Virus genome (UHGV): UHGV-0150234 | Source: a virus | DNA: 39,552 nt | Direction: 5' to 3' (one strand) | The notes under the pieces: generated by a model | Seen by the model: only the letters and a program-made list of their open reading frames with translations | What the model was told of the DNA's origin: nothing | Databases searched by the model: none | Part shown: positions 1 through 9,200 of the stretch, one piece after another | How positions within the stretch are numbered: position 1 is the first letter of the stretch | Layout: the number at the start of each line of letters is the position of its first letter | Program-made: the position numbers and the translations under genes

Positions 1-46
1 GTACATAATTCACCATTATACGCGCGTATAATGGTGAATTATGTAC
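1..46. other. telRL: Telomere resolution site telRL: perfect 46-bp palindrome (may extend left of the window) containing a 22-bp telO-like core
   Basis: Positions 1-23 are the exact reverse complement of 24-46. The core CCATTATACGCGCGTATAATGG (13-34) matches the N15 telO sequence as I recall it. Protelomerase gene lies immediately downstream. Confidence 0.85.
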
Positions 47-90
47 TGATTATCGAAACAAAGTCAAGGAACAAAATTTCACGTTCTGCT

Positions 91-180
91 ATTGTGTTTC
101 ATTTTATAGTCTGATATTGTGTTCTACTATTTTGTGAGTAAGTTAACTAGGTATTGGTTATTTTATTCTTAAATTGTGTT
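91..180 (+). repeat. Three direct copies of ATTGTGTT (91-98, 116-123, 173-180) between telRL and telN; possible TelN accessory (tos-like) sites or telN promoter elements
   Basis: Exact 8-mer seen three times in the AT-rich leader. The N15 telRL arms contain a related ATTGTGTG motif from memory. GATAATC also occurs three times (48-54 as reverse complement, 183-189, 196-202). Confidence 0.35.
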
Positions 181-214
181 ACGATAATCTGAGCGGATAA
201 TCAGGAGAAGAAAG

Positions 215-2104
215 ATGAGCAAAGTAAAAATCGGTGAATTAATAAACTCACTTGTTAGCGATGTTGAGTCAATAGATAACTCTGACCGTCCTCAAGGAGA
301 GAAAACAAAAAAAATAAAGGCCGTTGCATTAAAATTTAAAAATACATTATTTAATGATAAGCGAAAGTTTAGGGGAAAAGGATTAGAAAAGAGAATTACA
401 GCCAACACATTCAATTCCTATATGAGCAGGGCCAGAAAACGGTTTGATGATAAACTTCATCATAGTTTTGAAAAAAATATACATCGACTATCTGAAAAAT
501 ATCCTTTATATAATGAGGAGCTATTGTCATGGCTCTCTCTACCTGCTGCCGATATTCGCCGGAGAATGTCAGCTTTACAGGCAAAATTAAAATTAATTAT
601 TCCTCTGTCCGAAGATTTATCTAATATCAGAATTGGTGATAATAAAAATAATAATAAGTTAATAAAGTTATCAAATAAATATAAAGAATGGCAATTTGCC
701 ATTTCTGATTTAACTAGCGATAACTGGAAAGATAAACGCGATTATTTATATAAATTACTACAGCAAGGGTCAGCCTTGCTTGAGGAGTTGAATCAGTTAA
801 AGGTTAACCATGAGATTCTCTATCATCTCAAACTAAGCCCTGCCGAACGCGCATCTATCCAGCAACGATGGGCGGACGTACTACACAATAAGAAACGTAA
901 CGTAGTAGTCATTGACTACCCTAAATATATGCAAGCTATTTACGATATTATAAATAGCCCTGCTACATTAAATAATCTAAACACTCGTTCAGGCATGGCT
1001 CCTTTGGCATTTGCTCTTGCTGCATTATCAGGAAGACGAATGATTGAGATTATGTATCAAGGTACATTTACTGTCTCTGGTAAGTATACCGTTGATTTTT
1101 TAGGTCAGGCTAAAAAAAGAACTACTGATGATGTAACCAGAAAAATATATACATTATGCGAAGCAAAAACGTTTGTTTATTTAATAAATGTACTTCGCTC
1201 ATGCCCAGCAGCATCTGATTTTGATGAAGTCGTTATGGGTTACGGAAATAACGACACGCGGTCTGAAAACGGACGTATTAATGCCATATTGGCAAAGGCT
1301 TTTAATCCATGGGTTAAATCATTTTTCAATGATAATCGCCGTGTTTATAAAGATAGTCGTGCTATTTATGCCCGTATTGCGTATGAAATGTTTTTCCGCG
1401 TAGATCCCCGTTGGAAAAATGTAGATGAAGATGTTTTCTTTATGGAAATTTTAGGCCATGACGATGAAAACACTCAATTACACTATAAACAATTCAAGCT
1501 GGCCAACTTCTCAAAGACATGGAGGCCAAATACTGGAAACGAAAATACCAGGCTGGAAGCATTGCAGCTGCTTGATGACGAAATGCCTGGATTCGCCAGA
1601 GGAGATGCCGGGGTTCGTCTGCATAACACAGTTAAGCAGCTGGTAGAGCAGGACCCCTCTATAAAAATCACGAACAGCACTCTAAGAGCATTCAAATTTA
1701 GCCCAACAATGATTAGTCGATACCTGGAATTTGCTGCTGATGCTCTGGGGCAATTTGTTGGCGAAAATGGACAATGGCAGCTGAAAATAGATACTCCAGA
1801 AATCGTTATGCCTGACGAAGAAGAGCTGGAAGCAATACCTGAACAGATGGATGAATTATCAGAGGATGACGATCTGGATGACGACGAAATTGAGATAGAG
1901 GAAGAGGAAGAGAGCGTAGAAGAACAGCAACCGCCAGCGCCTTCTTCACCTGTATCTAAGCCGGTATTTAAGCCTGTGAGAAATATTGGTGATGGCTCAT
2001 ACGTTGTTGAGTTTCATTATAATGGCCAGAATTATGCGTGGTCAGGCAGTGCAAACAGCCCCATGTCAGCAATGCAGTTAGCATGGCTGACATATTTCGG
2101 CTAA
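215..2104 (+). CDS. telN: Protelomerase TelN (telomere resolvase), 629 aa
   Basis: Near-identity along the whole length to N15 TelN as recalled (MSKVKIGELIN..., tyrosine-recombinase-like core, acidic C-terminal region). Sits next to telRL. Confidence 0.95.
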   Translation: MSKVKIGELINSLVSDVESIDNSDRPQGEKTKKIKAVALKFKNTLFNDKRKFRGKGLEKRITANTFNSYMSRARKRFDDKLHHSFEKNIHRLSEKYPLYNEELLSWLSLPAADIRRRMSALQAKLKLIIPLSEDLSNIRIGDNKNNNKLIKLSNKYKEWQFAISDLTSDNWKDKRDYLYKLLQQGSALLEELNQLKVNHEILYHLKLSPAERASIQQRWADVLHNKKRNVVVIDYPKYMQAIYDIINSPATLNNLNTRSGMAPLAFALAALSGRRMIEIMYQGTFTVSGKYTVDFLGQAKKRTTDDVTRKIYTLCEAKTFVYLINVLRSCPAASDFDEVVMGYGNNDTRSENGRINAILAKAFNPWVKSFFNDNRRVYKDSRAIYARIAYEMFFRVDPRWKNVDEDVFFMEILGHDDENTQLHYKQFKLANFSKTWRPNTGNENTRLEALQLLDDEMPGFARGDAGVRLHNTVKQLVEQDPSIKITNSTLRAFKFSPTMISRYLEFAADALGQFVGENGQWQLKIDTPEIVMPDEEELEAIPEQMDELSEDDDLDDDEIEIEEEEESVEEQQPPAPSSPVSKPVFKPVRNIGDGSYVVEFHYNGQNYAWSGSANSPMSAMQLAWLTYFG

Positions 2105-2117
2105 AACATACGTTAAA

Positions 2118-2143
2118 GGCACCGAATTAATCGGTGCCTTGTT
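2118..2143 (+). terminator. Putative intrinsic terminator after telN
   Basis: GGCACCGA / TCGGTGCC stem with 5-nt loop followed by TTGTT, starting 14 nt after the telN stop. Confidence 0.45.
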
Positions 2144-2276
2144 ATGTGGCCCACCTCGCCTACCCCCTGCAAAGGGCAGAAGTAACGGAGGAAACGCGGC
2201 TGCAACCACAGACATCACCGCCCCGACTGCGAGGCTTCCCTTCTCTGAGAAGGGCATAAATTCGGGCTGGCCAACC

Positions 2277-3059
2277 CTATTTATTGGTGATTTCTGCTGG
2301 CTTTAGCTGCGCGGATAACTGCTCAAGTTTTTGAACTGCCAGTTCAAAATGCGCGGGCAACGCCTTTTCCAGATCAGAGTTAATATCGGTGATGGGCAAA
2401 TCACCACACGACATACTCCGCCTACCCCCACGAACAACATCACGCAACAACTCTCGTTCATACGTGCGCATGTTCCCCAATGCCGACTCAGCAGCCGTTA
2501 AAATCCGGCGCAGTTCTGCCGTAATTGCTGGTAAATCATCAACCGTTATGGGGTTCGGGGATGGATTACGACACGCCCGACGCAAAGCCAACCATACACC
2601 GCTAATCCAGGCATTTCGGTACTGAAAACTTTGTGCTATATCGTTGATCAGCCCTCGCAGATACTCTTTCTGCCTCCAGTTCAACGGCTCTGCTGCTCGC
2701 ATTGGCTCAGGTTCGACGTAAACGTACTCTCCATTCTTACGAATAGAGGGCAGGACCTCGTTCGTTACCCATTTACGAAACCGCCATGCAGTCGTGCCCT
2801 GTTTTACAGCGTCACGGCAGCGGAGGATCAGGGTGTATAGACCTGACTCTGAAATAATATTTAGCTTTTGCTCTCCGCCAGGGGTGTAACTTAAAGTTAC
2901 ACCCTTTTCATCCTCATCCAGAGACATTAGCGCCTTCCGGGAGTTAACGAGTCTTAAAGCATCACATACATCCTTAGCCACAAACCACGGCTCGCCGTTA
3001 ATCATCACTACACGAACCTGATGCTCTTCCTGAAAGGAAAAGACTGCTAACGCGCTCAT
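2277..3059 (-). CDS. Bro-N domain antirepressor-like protein, 260 aa
   Basis: N-terminal FSFQEEHQVRVV..GEPWFVAKDVCDALRL is a typical Bro-N/antirepressor signature. Last gene of a three-gene minus-strand operon. Confidence 0.75.
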   Translation of the reverse strand: MSALAVFSFQEEHQVRVVMINGEPWFVAKDVCDALRLVNSRKALMSLDEDEKGVTLSYTPGGEQKLNIISESGLYTLILRCRDAVKQGTTAWRFRKWVTNEVLPSIRKNGEYVYVEPEPMRAAEPLNWRQKEYLRGLINDIAQSFQYRNAWISGVWLALRRACRNPSPNPITVDDLPAITAELRRILTAAESALGNMRTYERELLRDVVRGGRRSMSCGDLPITDINSDLEKALPAHFELAVQKLEQLSAQLKPAEITNK

Positions 3060-3286
3060 TCAGCCTCCTTACCCAGCAATTGCGACGAGAGCGACGCGGA
3101 ATACCCCTGTGCTTCATGAGTTAACTCACACGCGATTTGAAGGAGCTTCCCGGCTTCTGATAGATAAATCGACGCCTCACAGCTGGATACTGTCCGATGG
3201 GCTGATGATACGAGCGCATAGACCTGAGCCAGACGTTCATCCAACGACTCCAGCAGGCCAACAGTGTTCATTTTTACCTGATTCAT
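3056..3286 (-). CDS. Hypothetical small protein, 76 aa (middle gene of antirepressor operon)
   Basis: ORF whose stop overlaps the start of the Bro-N gene and whose ATG overlaps the stop of the upstream small ORF (ATGA coupling). Confidence 0.5.
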   Translation of the reverse strand: MNQVKMNTVGLLESLDERLAQVYALVSSAHRTVSSCEASIYLSEAGKLLQIACELTHEAQGYSASLSSQLLGKEAE

Positions 3287-3447
3287 ACAGCCACCTCGCG
3301 CACCGGAATACGGGCAGACAATACCAGGACAAACCGGCTGGCGAACTGGCGACGAGCTTCCCGTTCAGATGACGCGATGGTGGAAAGATGATGGATGTGT
3401 GACTTTTTGTCTGTGCGAACGACTGCCGCAAATTTGAATTTGAACAT
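3283..3447 (-). CDS. Hypothetical small protein, 54 aa (first gene of antirepressor operon; not in the ORF track because it is under 60 aa)
   Basis: My own translation of the minus strand gives MFKFKFAAVVRTDKKSHIHHLSTIASSEREARRQFASRFVLVLSARIPVREVAV. ATG at 3447 is preceded by GGAG with 7-nt spacing; the stop overlaps the next gene's ATG. Confidence 0.4.
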   Translation of the reverse strand: MFKFKFAAVVRTDKKSHIHHLSTIASSEREARRQFASRFVLVLSARIPVREVAV

Positions 3448-3502
3448 GGTATGCACTCCGTTTAATTGGTCGTGCTACCACCAGAGTTCTCACGCTCTTG
3501 AA

Positions 3503-3584
3503 TGGTGGTAGCCCAAGCGGGGGTGAGAATACCGGCAAACGAAGAAACCGGCCTGACCGAAGTCAGCCCCGCCTGAGCCACCAT
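3503..3584 (-). ncRNA. Structured RNA candidate, copy 1 (about 82 nt; possibly C4/immI-type antisense RNA in the antirepressor operon leader)
   Basis: Minus-strand reading has a CUGAC-UUCG-GUCAG tetraloop hairpin, a GCGGGG/CCCCGC stem, and a 3' end GGGCUACCACCA. A paralogous copy at 3818-3898 shows compensatory changes. Confidence 0.45.
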
Positions 3585-3817
3585 AAATCGGATATGCGCA
3601 GGTATATACACACAAAAAAACACGCTGGCGCGTGTTGTGCGCTTCGTTTATCCGGGTTCTCACGCCCGGCTGCGGGATTTACCGCAGCGGAATAACTTTA
3701 CCGTCAAAACGACGCACACGTCAATAATTTGCAAAGACATTTTACCCTGTGACCAGTCACGGGGATAGGTGTTTTTATAGTTTGCTTAAACAAATGATTA
3801 GAAGATAAACGATATTG

Positions 3818-3898
3818 TGGTGGTAGCCCAGGCAGGGTTCTCAACACCGGCCCAAACGACACCGGCCAGCCTTTCGGCTGCCCCGCCTGAACTACCAT
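3818..3898 (-). ncRNA. Structured RNA candidate, copy 2 (paralogue of 3503-3584)
   Basis: Same conserved 5' (AUGGURGYUCAGGCGGGGC) and 3' (GGGCUACCACCA) ends as copy 1; the hairpin is CAGCC-GAAA-GGCUG (GNRA tetraloop), covarying with copy 1; internal loops differ. Confidence 0.45.
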
Positions 3899-4001
3899 TA
3901 GAATAATATACAACAAAACGTAGCATTTTTACTACATTAAAATATAAATATTGTTTACACTTTACTTTACTAATGGGGCGGCTCGGGCTATCCTGATTTT
4001 G

Positions 4002-4017
4002 CTGTATAAAAACACAG
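4002..4017. promoter_or_regulatory. LexA (SOS) box CTGTATAAAAACACAG
   Basis: Exact CTGT-N8-ACAG with AT-rich spacer, 62 bp upstream of the cma ATG and in the divergent region shared with the antirepressor operon. Confidence 0.6.
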
Positions 4018-4078
4018 TATTTATGCAGCGATTAAACCTGTATGTCTGTTATTTCATTAACTTATAAGGGTTTTTGAT

Positions 4079-4894
4079 ATGGATACTATCGTTGTGACAG
4101 CTCCATCACCATCAACTAACTTACCGAGTTATGGTAATGGCGCATTTTCTCTCTCAGCACCACACGTGCCTGGTTCTGGCCCCCTTTTAGTCCAGGTGGT
4201 TTACAGCTTTTTCCAGAGCCCAAACATGTGTATTCAGGCTCTAACTCAGCTTGAGGACTACATCAAAAAACACGGTGCCAGCGATCCCCTGACATTACAA
4301 ATTATGTCAACAAATATTGCCTACTTCTGTAACGCTGACAGAAACCTTATCCTTCACCGCGGAATAAGTGTTTATGACGCCTACCACTTAGCTAAACCTG
4401 CGCCAAATAAATATGACTATCGCTCAATGAATATGAAACAAATGAGCGGTAATGTCACAACACCAATTGTGGCGCTTGCACACTATTTATGGGGTAATGG
4501 TGCAGACCGAAGCGTTAATATCGCAAATATTGGTCTCAAAATTTCTCCGATGAAAATTAATCAGATAAGAGATATTGTAAAATCTGGTGTAGTAGGCACA
4601 TTCCCTATTTCTACAAAATTCACACACGCCACTGGCGATTATAATGTTATTACCGGCGCATATCTTGGTAATATCACGCTGAAAACAGAAGGTACTTTAA
4701 CTGTCTCCGCTAATGGCTCATGGACCTATAATGGCGTTGTTCGCTCGTATAACGACAAGTATGACTTCAATGCCAGCACTCATCGTGGCGTAATCGGAGA
4801 GTCTCTTACAAGGCTCGGGGCGATGTTCTCTGGTAAAGAGTATCAGATACTACTTCCTGGCGAAATTCACATTAAAGAAAGTGGCAAGCGATAA
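4079..4894 (+). CDS. cma: Colicin M (lipid II-degrading bacteriocin), 271 aa
   Basis: Full-length, near-identical to colicin M as recalled (same 271-aa length, ...VTAPSPSTNLPSYGNGAFSLSAPHVPG..., C-terminal ...GEIHIKESGKR). AT-rich relative to flanks. Confidence 0.92.
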   Translation: MDTIVVTAPSPSTNLPSYGNGAFSLSAPHVPGSGPLLVQVVYSFFQSPNMCIQALTQLEDYIKKHGASDPLTLQIMSTNIAYFCNADRNLILHRGISVYDAYHLAKPAPNKYDYRSMNMKQMSGNVTTPIVALAHYLWGNGADRSVNIANIGLKISPMKINQIRDIVKSGVVGTFPISTKFTHATGDYNVITGAYLGNITLKTEGTLTVSANGSWTYNGVVRSYNDKYDFNASTHRGVIGESLTRLGAMFSGKEYQILLPGEIHIKESGKR

Positions 4895-4895
4895 T

Positions 4896-4922
4896 AAAAA
4901 GGCCGGGATTCCGGCCTTTTTT
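4896..4922. terminator. Bidirectional intrinsic terminator between convergent cma and cmi
   Basis: AAAAA-GGCCGG-gatt-CCGGCC-TTTTTT: GC stem flanked by an A-run and a T-run. Confidence 0.7.
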
Positions 4923-4944
4923 ATGCAGTCTTTATACCGATGTA

Positions 4945-5301
4945 TCAATCATTTGCATATTCAACATAACCTTCCTTGCAATGGTACATTCCATAATACA
5001 TTCTCTTACCTTCCGGGCCTTCGGCTTTAAATGGGACGAGAAGCGTTTTTTCATCTTTAACATCTGTTAAGCTTCTTTCAATCTTTTCCCACGTAATTTT
5101 TGGGGCTTCTGTACCGAGAAGTTGTACATCGTTATTCCAACGCGTTATTTTTTTCAAAAAGTCATTTTTTACAAATTCTCTTGCCTGTTCATCACTAACC
5201 TTATAGCACTCTGGGCCTTTATTAGATTCAGGCCAGAAAAATACAATAGCAAGAGCAATAATTGATAAAATCAAAATGATTTTTATGCTAATTACTTTCA
5301 T
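4945..5301 (-). CDS. cmi: Colicin M immunity protein (membrane-anchored, periplasmic), 118 aa
   Basis: N-terminal hydrophobic anchor (ILILSIIALAIVFF) and strong resemblance to Cmi as recalled (…KITWEKIERSLTDV.DEKTLLVPFKAEGP.GKRMYYGMYHC.EGYVEYAND); convergent with cma. Confidence 0.88.
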   Translation of the reverse strand: MKVISIKIILILSIIALAIVFFWPESNKGPECYKVSDEQAREFVKNDFLKKITRWNNDVQLLGTEAPKITWEKIERSLTDVKDEKTLLVPFKAEGPEGKRMYYGMYHCKEGYVEYAND

Positions 5302-5428
5302 AAAATCTCCATCACCTTAAAAGCAAAACATACATATTTAGCCTTCATATTGTATGAGTATATCAATACAGTGTGTGCTTAATGTGAAGTAAAATTAACA
5401 ATATATAAACATTTAATATGCCGCGCAC

Positions 5429-5836
5429 TTAGTCGGCTTTATGAGTATCAACCATATACTTCAACCAGTAATCAACAATCGGTTGCTCATCTACAGAATG
5501 TTTACCAGGTATAACTCGCCAGCTATCTTGCGAAAATCTGCCGTACTTACGCGGGAATAGGCCTTTCTTTATCTCCCGCCATGTACTAGGAAAACCATCC
5601 ACAAAAGTACCAATTAACAGGAGAGGGACAAAAATCAGAGCTACAAACCATCGTGCAAGAAAGTGTTCAACAACAACATTTTCACCGTTGTAGTAATACG
5701 CATACGCATCCAATATGCGAATTTTCCTTACCTTAAAAATAGCCTTATGCTGAGAACGACTTAACTTGATACGAATGTATCCCTTATCCAAAGGGGATTC
5801 GTATTTGTATGATTGAACAGCCATTTTTAACCCCAC
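5429..5836 (-). CDS. Hypothetical protein with one predicted transmembrane segment, about 131-135 aa
   Basis: ORF with hydrophobic stretch WFVALIFVPLLLIGTFV; overlaps the upstream ORF by 10 nt (operon-like). No family recognised. Confidence 0.5.
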   Translation of the reverse strand: MGLKMAVQSYKYESPLDKGYIRIKLSRSQHKAIFKVRKIRILDAYAYYYNGENVVVEHFLARWFVALIFVPLLLIGTFVDGFPSTWREIKKGLFPRKYGRFSQDSWRVIPGKHSVDEQPIVDYWLKYMVDTHKAD

Positions 5837-6156
5837 TCACCATCAGCAAACAAAGCGTTATACTCTGATAATGGTAAATGATGCCCCTCAATTGCCAGAT
5901 TAAGCCCCAAATGGGTAGATGGGTGTTCCTTATCTGGCTCCTCCTCCCACAATTCAGAAGCTAAAGAAGCTAAACGCTCAGCCGCTTTCACGTAGTTTTC
6001 TGTCCTGAACCAACCCAAATTAATCCCACCATCAGTGATCTCCCAGGCAACTTTCTTCTCTTCTTCCTGAATAGCCTTAATGCGTCGATCGCATTCATCC
6101 CGGCAGAACTTCAGCTGACGGTAATCAAGTTTGTCCAAAAATGCAGTAGTAGACAT
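5827..6156 (-). CDS. Hypothetical protein, 109 aa
   Basis: ORF immediately downstream of repA on the same strand. No family recognised. Confidence 0.5.
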   Translation of the reverse strand: MSTTAFLDKLDYRQLKFCRDECDRRIKAIQEEEKKVAWEITDGGINLGWFRTENYVKAAERLASLASELWEEEPDKEHPSTHLGLNLAIEGHHLPLSEYNALFADGEWG

Positions 6157-6214
6157 ATTTTTACTCCCCGTTCACCGAAAAATCACGATTTCCACATACG
6201 ATAATATCCACTGA

Positions 6215-9200
6215 TTACCCATAGAAAGCGCCCTGCTCTTCGTAGCTGCATGGGCTATTCCCGGTAATATATTCACGTAACCGCCGCAGTTCATTACTGG
6301 ACAAGTGATCCATGAACTCTGTTAGGTACAGAGATGCAAACGTCATAGCTATGCTGGCTGATGACCATGATGACATAGTGGCCAGCTCCTCACAGGAAAG
6401 CGCACTCATAGCCCAGGACTCAGGTACAGCCACCGGCAACACTGCCAAAGCCTCAGAAATTACTGAATGAGGGGCGTTTTGAACCTGCTCATTTGTGGAT
6501 CGCGTTTTATCATCCATATATATATTGAGATCCAAATCGCGATCCATTTCGATGGCGGTCTTCTCGGCTTTGCGCGTTTTCAGGGTTAGGCCATCTTTCT
6601 GACGCTGAGCAAGAATATCCAGCATAAATGCCGCTGATTCAGGCTCAACAAAACGCAAGGTTGGACGCTTATCGCCGTCTCTGCCACGACGTTTACCTGT
6701 TTTAAGGCCAAGAGAGTCGCAAATGTTTTTAAACAACGCTTCCGGCACTTTAGGCTTCCCTTTTGGCGTCATAAAACCACCAATGTGCAGAACGTTATTC
6801 AACAGGTCACGGCGTTCGGCTGTCATGAGGTTATCTCGAGCGAATTTGAGACGCTCCTGAGTCGCCTCGCCGGTCATAGTCTCAGGGTTGATACCGCAGT
6901 CGATAAAGTACTGCCGGAGAGTTGCTGATTTAAGCGCATAGAAACCGCGCGCCCCGACTTCAACAGTAGGAGTAGCTTTTACCTTGTAGTCGATTATTCC
7001 AGGGAATTTAGTTTTAAAGACATCATCAGCCTGCTCGCGAGTCATCGCGGTCACTACAAAATATTGCCACTGTCCCGCCTGACGGTATGCGTAGGTAAAA
7101 TTGATGGCTGCTTCTTCCCGGTCGTAACGACGAGCTGTTACCTCATCTAAAAGCATTGTTTCATAGCGGCGAACTTTGTCTCGAGCACCATCGAAATAGA
7201 ATTTCAGCGTGCCTTCTTCAACCGGTAGTTTCAGTTCGTTCTCAATATCCCAGCGGACAAGTTTTGCCTGTTCTTCAAGCGTCAGCGCGCGTTTTTTTAG
7301 CAGTTCTTCACGCTCTGATTCTTGTGGAGTTTCTGTATTGAGATGCAGATCCAGTGTCTGTTCCCACACAATATCCCGCGCTTCTTTACGCAGATCTTTA
7401 CCGATATCATTCGCAGCATAATCGGTGGCCAGCGGCGATACCTTATAACCGTCGCTGTGCATGATGCAGATCATGTTGCTGGCGTAGTCGTTACGCGCAG
7501 ACGCTTCAATTGCGGCTGCTTTAATTTTCATCCTGGTAAAGTCGGTATTGGCCACCCCCATTGATATACGGTCGCCATCGAAAACGACATCCGTCAGTTC
7601 ACCGTTCATGCCTGCGGTAGCAAGCAATGCCTGGGCGAATGCTCGTTCTATTTTTTGCGGGTCAGTTTCACGTTTTGCGCGAGCTTTATCAAAGCCGATA
7701 ATAAATTCTTTTGCTGTACGGTCGCGGCGTAGCATTTGCACTGCGTCGCTGGGTACAACTTCACCACAGAACATGCCGAAATGACGGTCAAAATGTTTTT
7801 GCTCAATCGACACGCCGGATGAAATAGACGGGCTATAAATCAGGCCGTCGTATTTTTTGACCATCTTTTTCGGTTGATTGGTAAATGCTTCAACTTCTGG
7901 CTCTGGTTTGTTTTTCTGGTTTACACACAGAAATTTCTTACCAGGAAAATGCATTCTCAGGGTGGCGGTCACATCTTCTGCAAAGGTGGAGCTGTCGGTG
8001 GCCAACATAATTTTTTCGCCATCCGATACAGCTTTCACCACCTCGGTCATAATGCGATCTTTTTCTGTATAAAAAACCCGGATTGGCTCACCTGTTTCGC
8101 GGTTGCGAACATCAACAGGTAATTCAATTACGTGGATCTGCAGCCATGCGGGTAAACCGAGTTCTTCGCGGCGTTTCATAGCCAGTTCAGCCAGGTCAAC
8201 CAGCAGATCGTTCGCATCAGCATCCACCATGATTGGGTGTTGTTCCGTTCTGGCCAGCGCATCAATTAGCGTATTGAATACAGCCACCGGGTTTTCCATA
8301 GCCCGACCGGAAAGAACGGCACGTAGCCCTTGTGTTGCCTCGTCAAAGCCAAAATAGTCGTGCTGGCGCATCAACGGTTGCCAGCAGTTTTTAACAATCG
8401 AGTTTATGCAGATGGTCAGTTTACTGGCGTATGGGGCCATTTCCTGATAGCCAGGGTCCTGATAGTGCAGGATATCGGCTTTTACACCTTTTCCTTCAGT
8501 CATCATTTCCCACAGACCACCAATAAGGGAAACACGGTGAGCTACAGAGATACCACGTTCTGAGCTATGCATTAACGGTCGTAACAATCCAGTAGATTTG
8601 CCGGAACCCATACCAGCACGGACGATGACTATCCCCTGTAGTGATTGCACGTACTTCAGGACGTCATCGGTCATTACCGAAGTATCAAAACGCTTATAGG
8701 TGATATGTTGAGGGCGTTTATTGGGATCAGTTATGCGTTCGCTGAAAGAGCGCGGAGCCTGGGCAATACGGCACTTTTTATTCAGGCGACGGGCAATATG
8801 GTCTTTTACCGTAGCGCGATAGATATTTTCCAGCCCCATTTCACGCAGAACGATACAGAACATGTTAAATAAATCTGACGGGCTGTTAGGAACCGGACAG
8901 GTCAGCATGCCAATATCTACCGCTCTCAGCAGCTCTTTGGCAAAAGTACGGCGGTTATCCCGCTTAATTGTCTTCAGGCGGTTGAGTGTCAGAGATAGCA
9001 AATCAGTACCGGTTTTCAGGCGGTTTGCTGTTGCGAATAGTTGACGTGCTGTTTCACGAAGTCCACGTAGTTTGTGCAGGTCGTTGAAGTCACTGCACTC
9101 CATTTGCGGATCGTCTTCAAAAGTTGGGTAGACGCAGCGGACATCGTTGAATTTAGATAAGATTTCATAGCCAGTCCGCAGGCCGGTATTCCCTTTTCCT

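Noticed and set aside
3237-3431. 64-aa minus-strand ORF and the overlapping plus-strand ORF 3109-3372
   Set aside because: The minus ORF would start at TTG with no ribosome-binding site and overlaps a better-supported coupled ORF (3283-3447); the plus ORF is antisense to the antirepressor operon.
3503-3898. Possibility that the two 82-nt elements are tRNA genes
   Set aside because: They end in ACCACCA on the minus strand but I cannot fold a cloverleaf with D, anticodon and T arms; the architecture fits a small regulatory RNA better.
3704-3916. 70-aa minus-strand ORF and the 65-aa plus-strand ORF 3498-3695
   Set aside because: Both overlap the structured-RNA candidates and intervening leader; low-complexity translations, no ribosome-binding sites.
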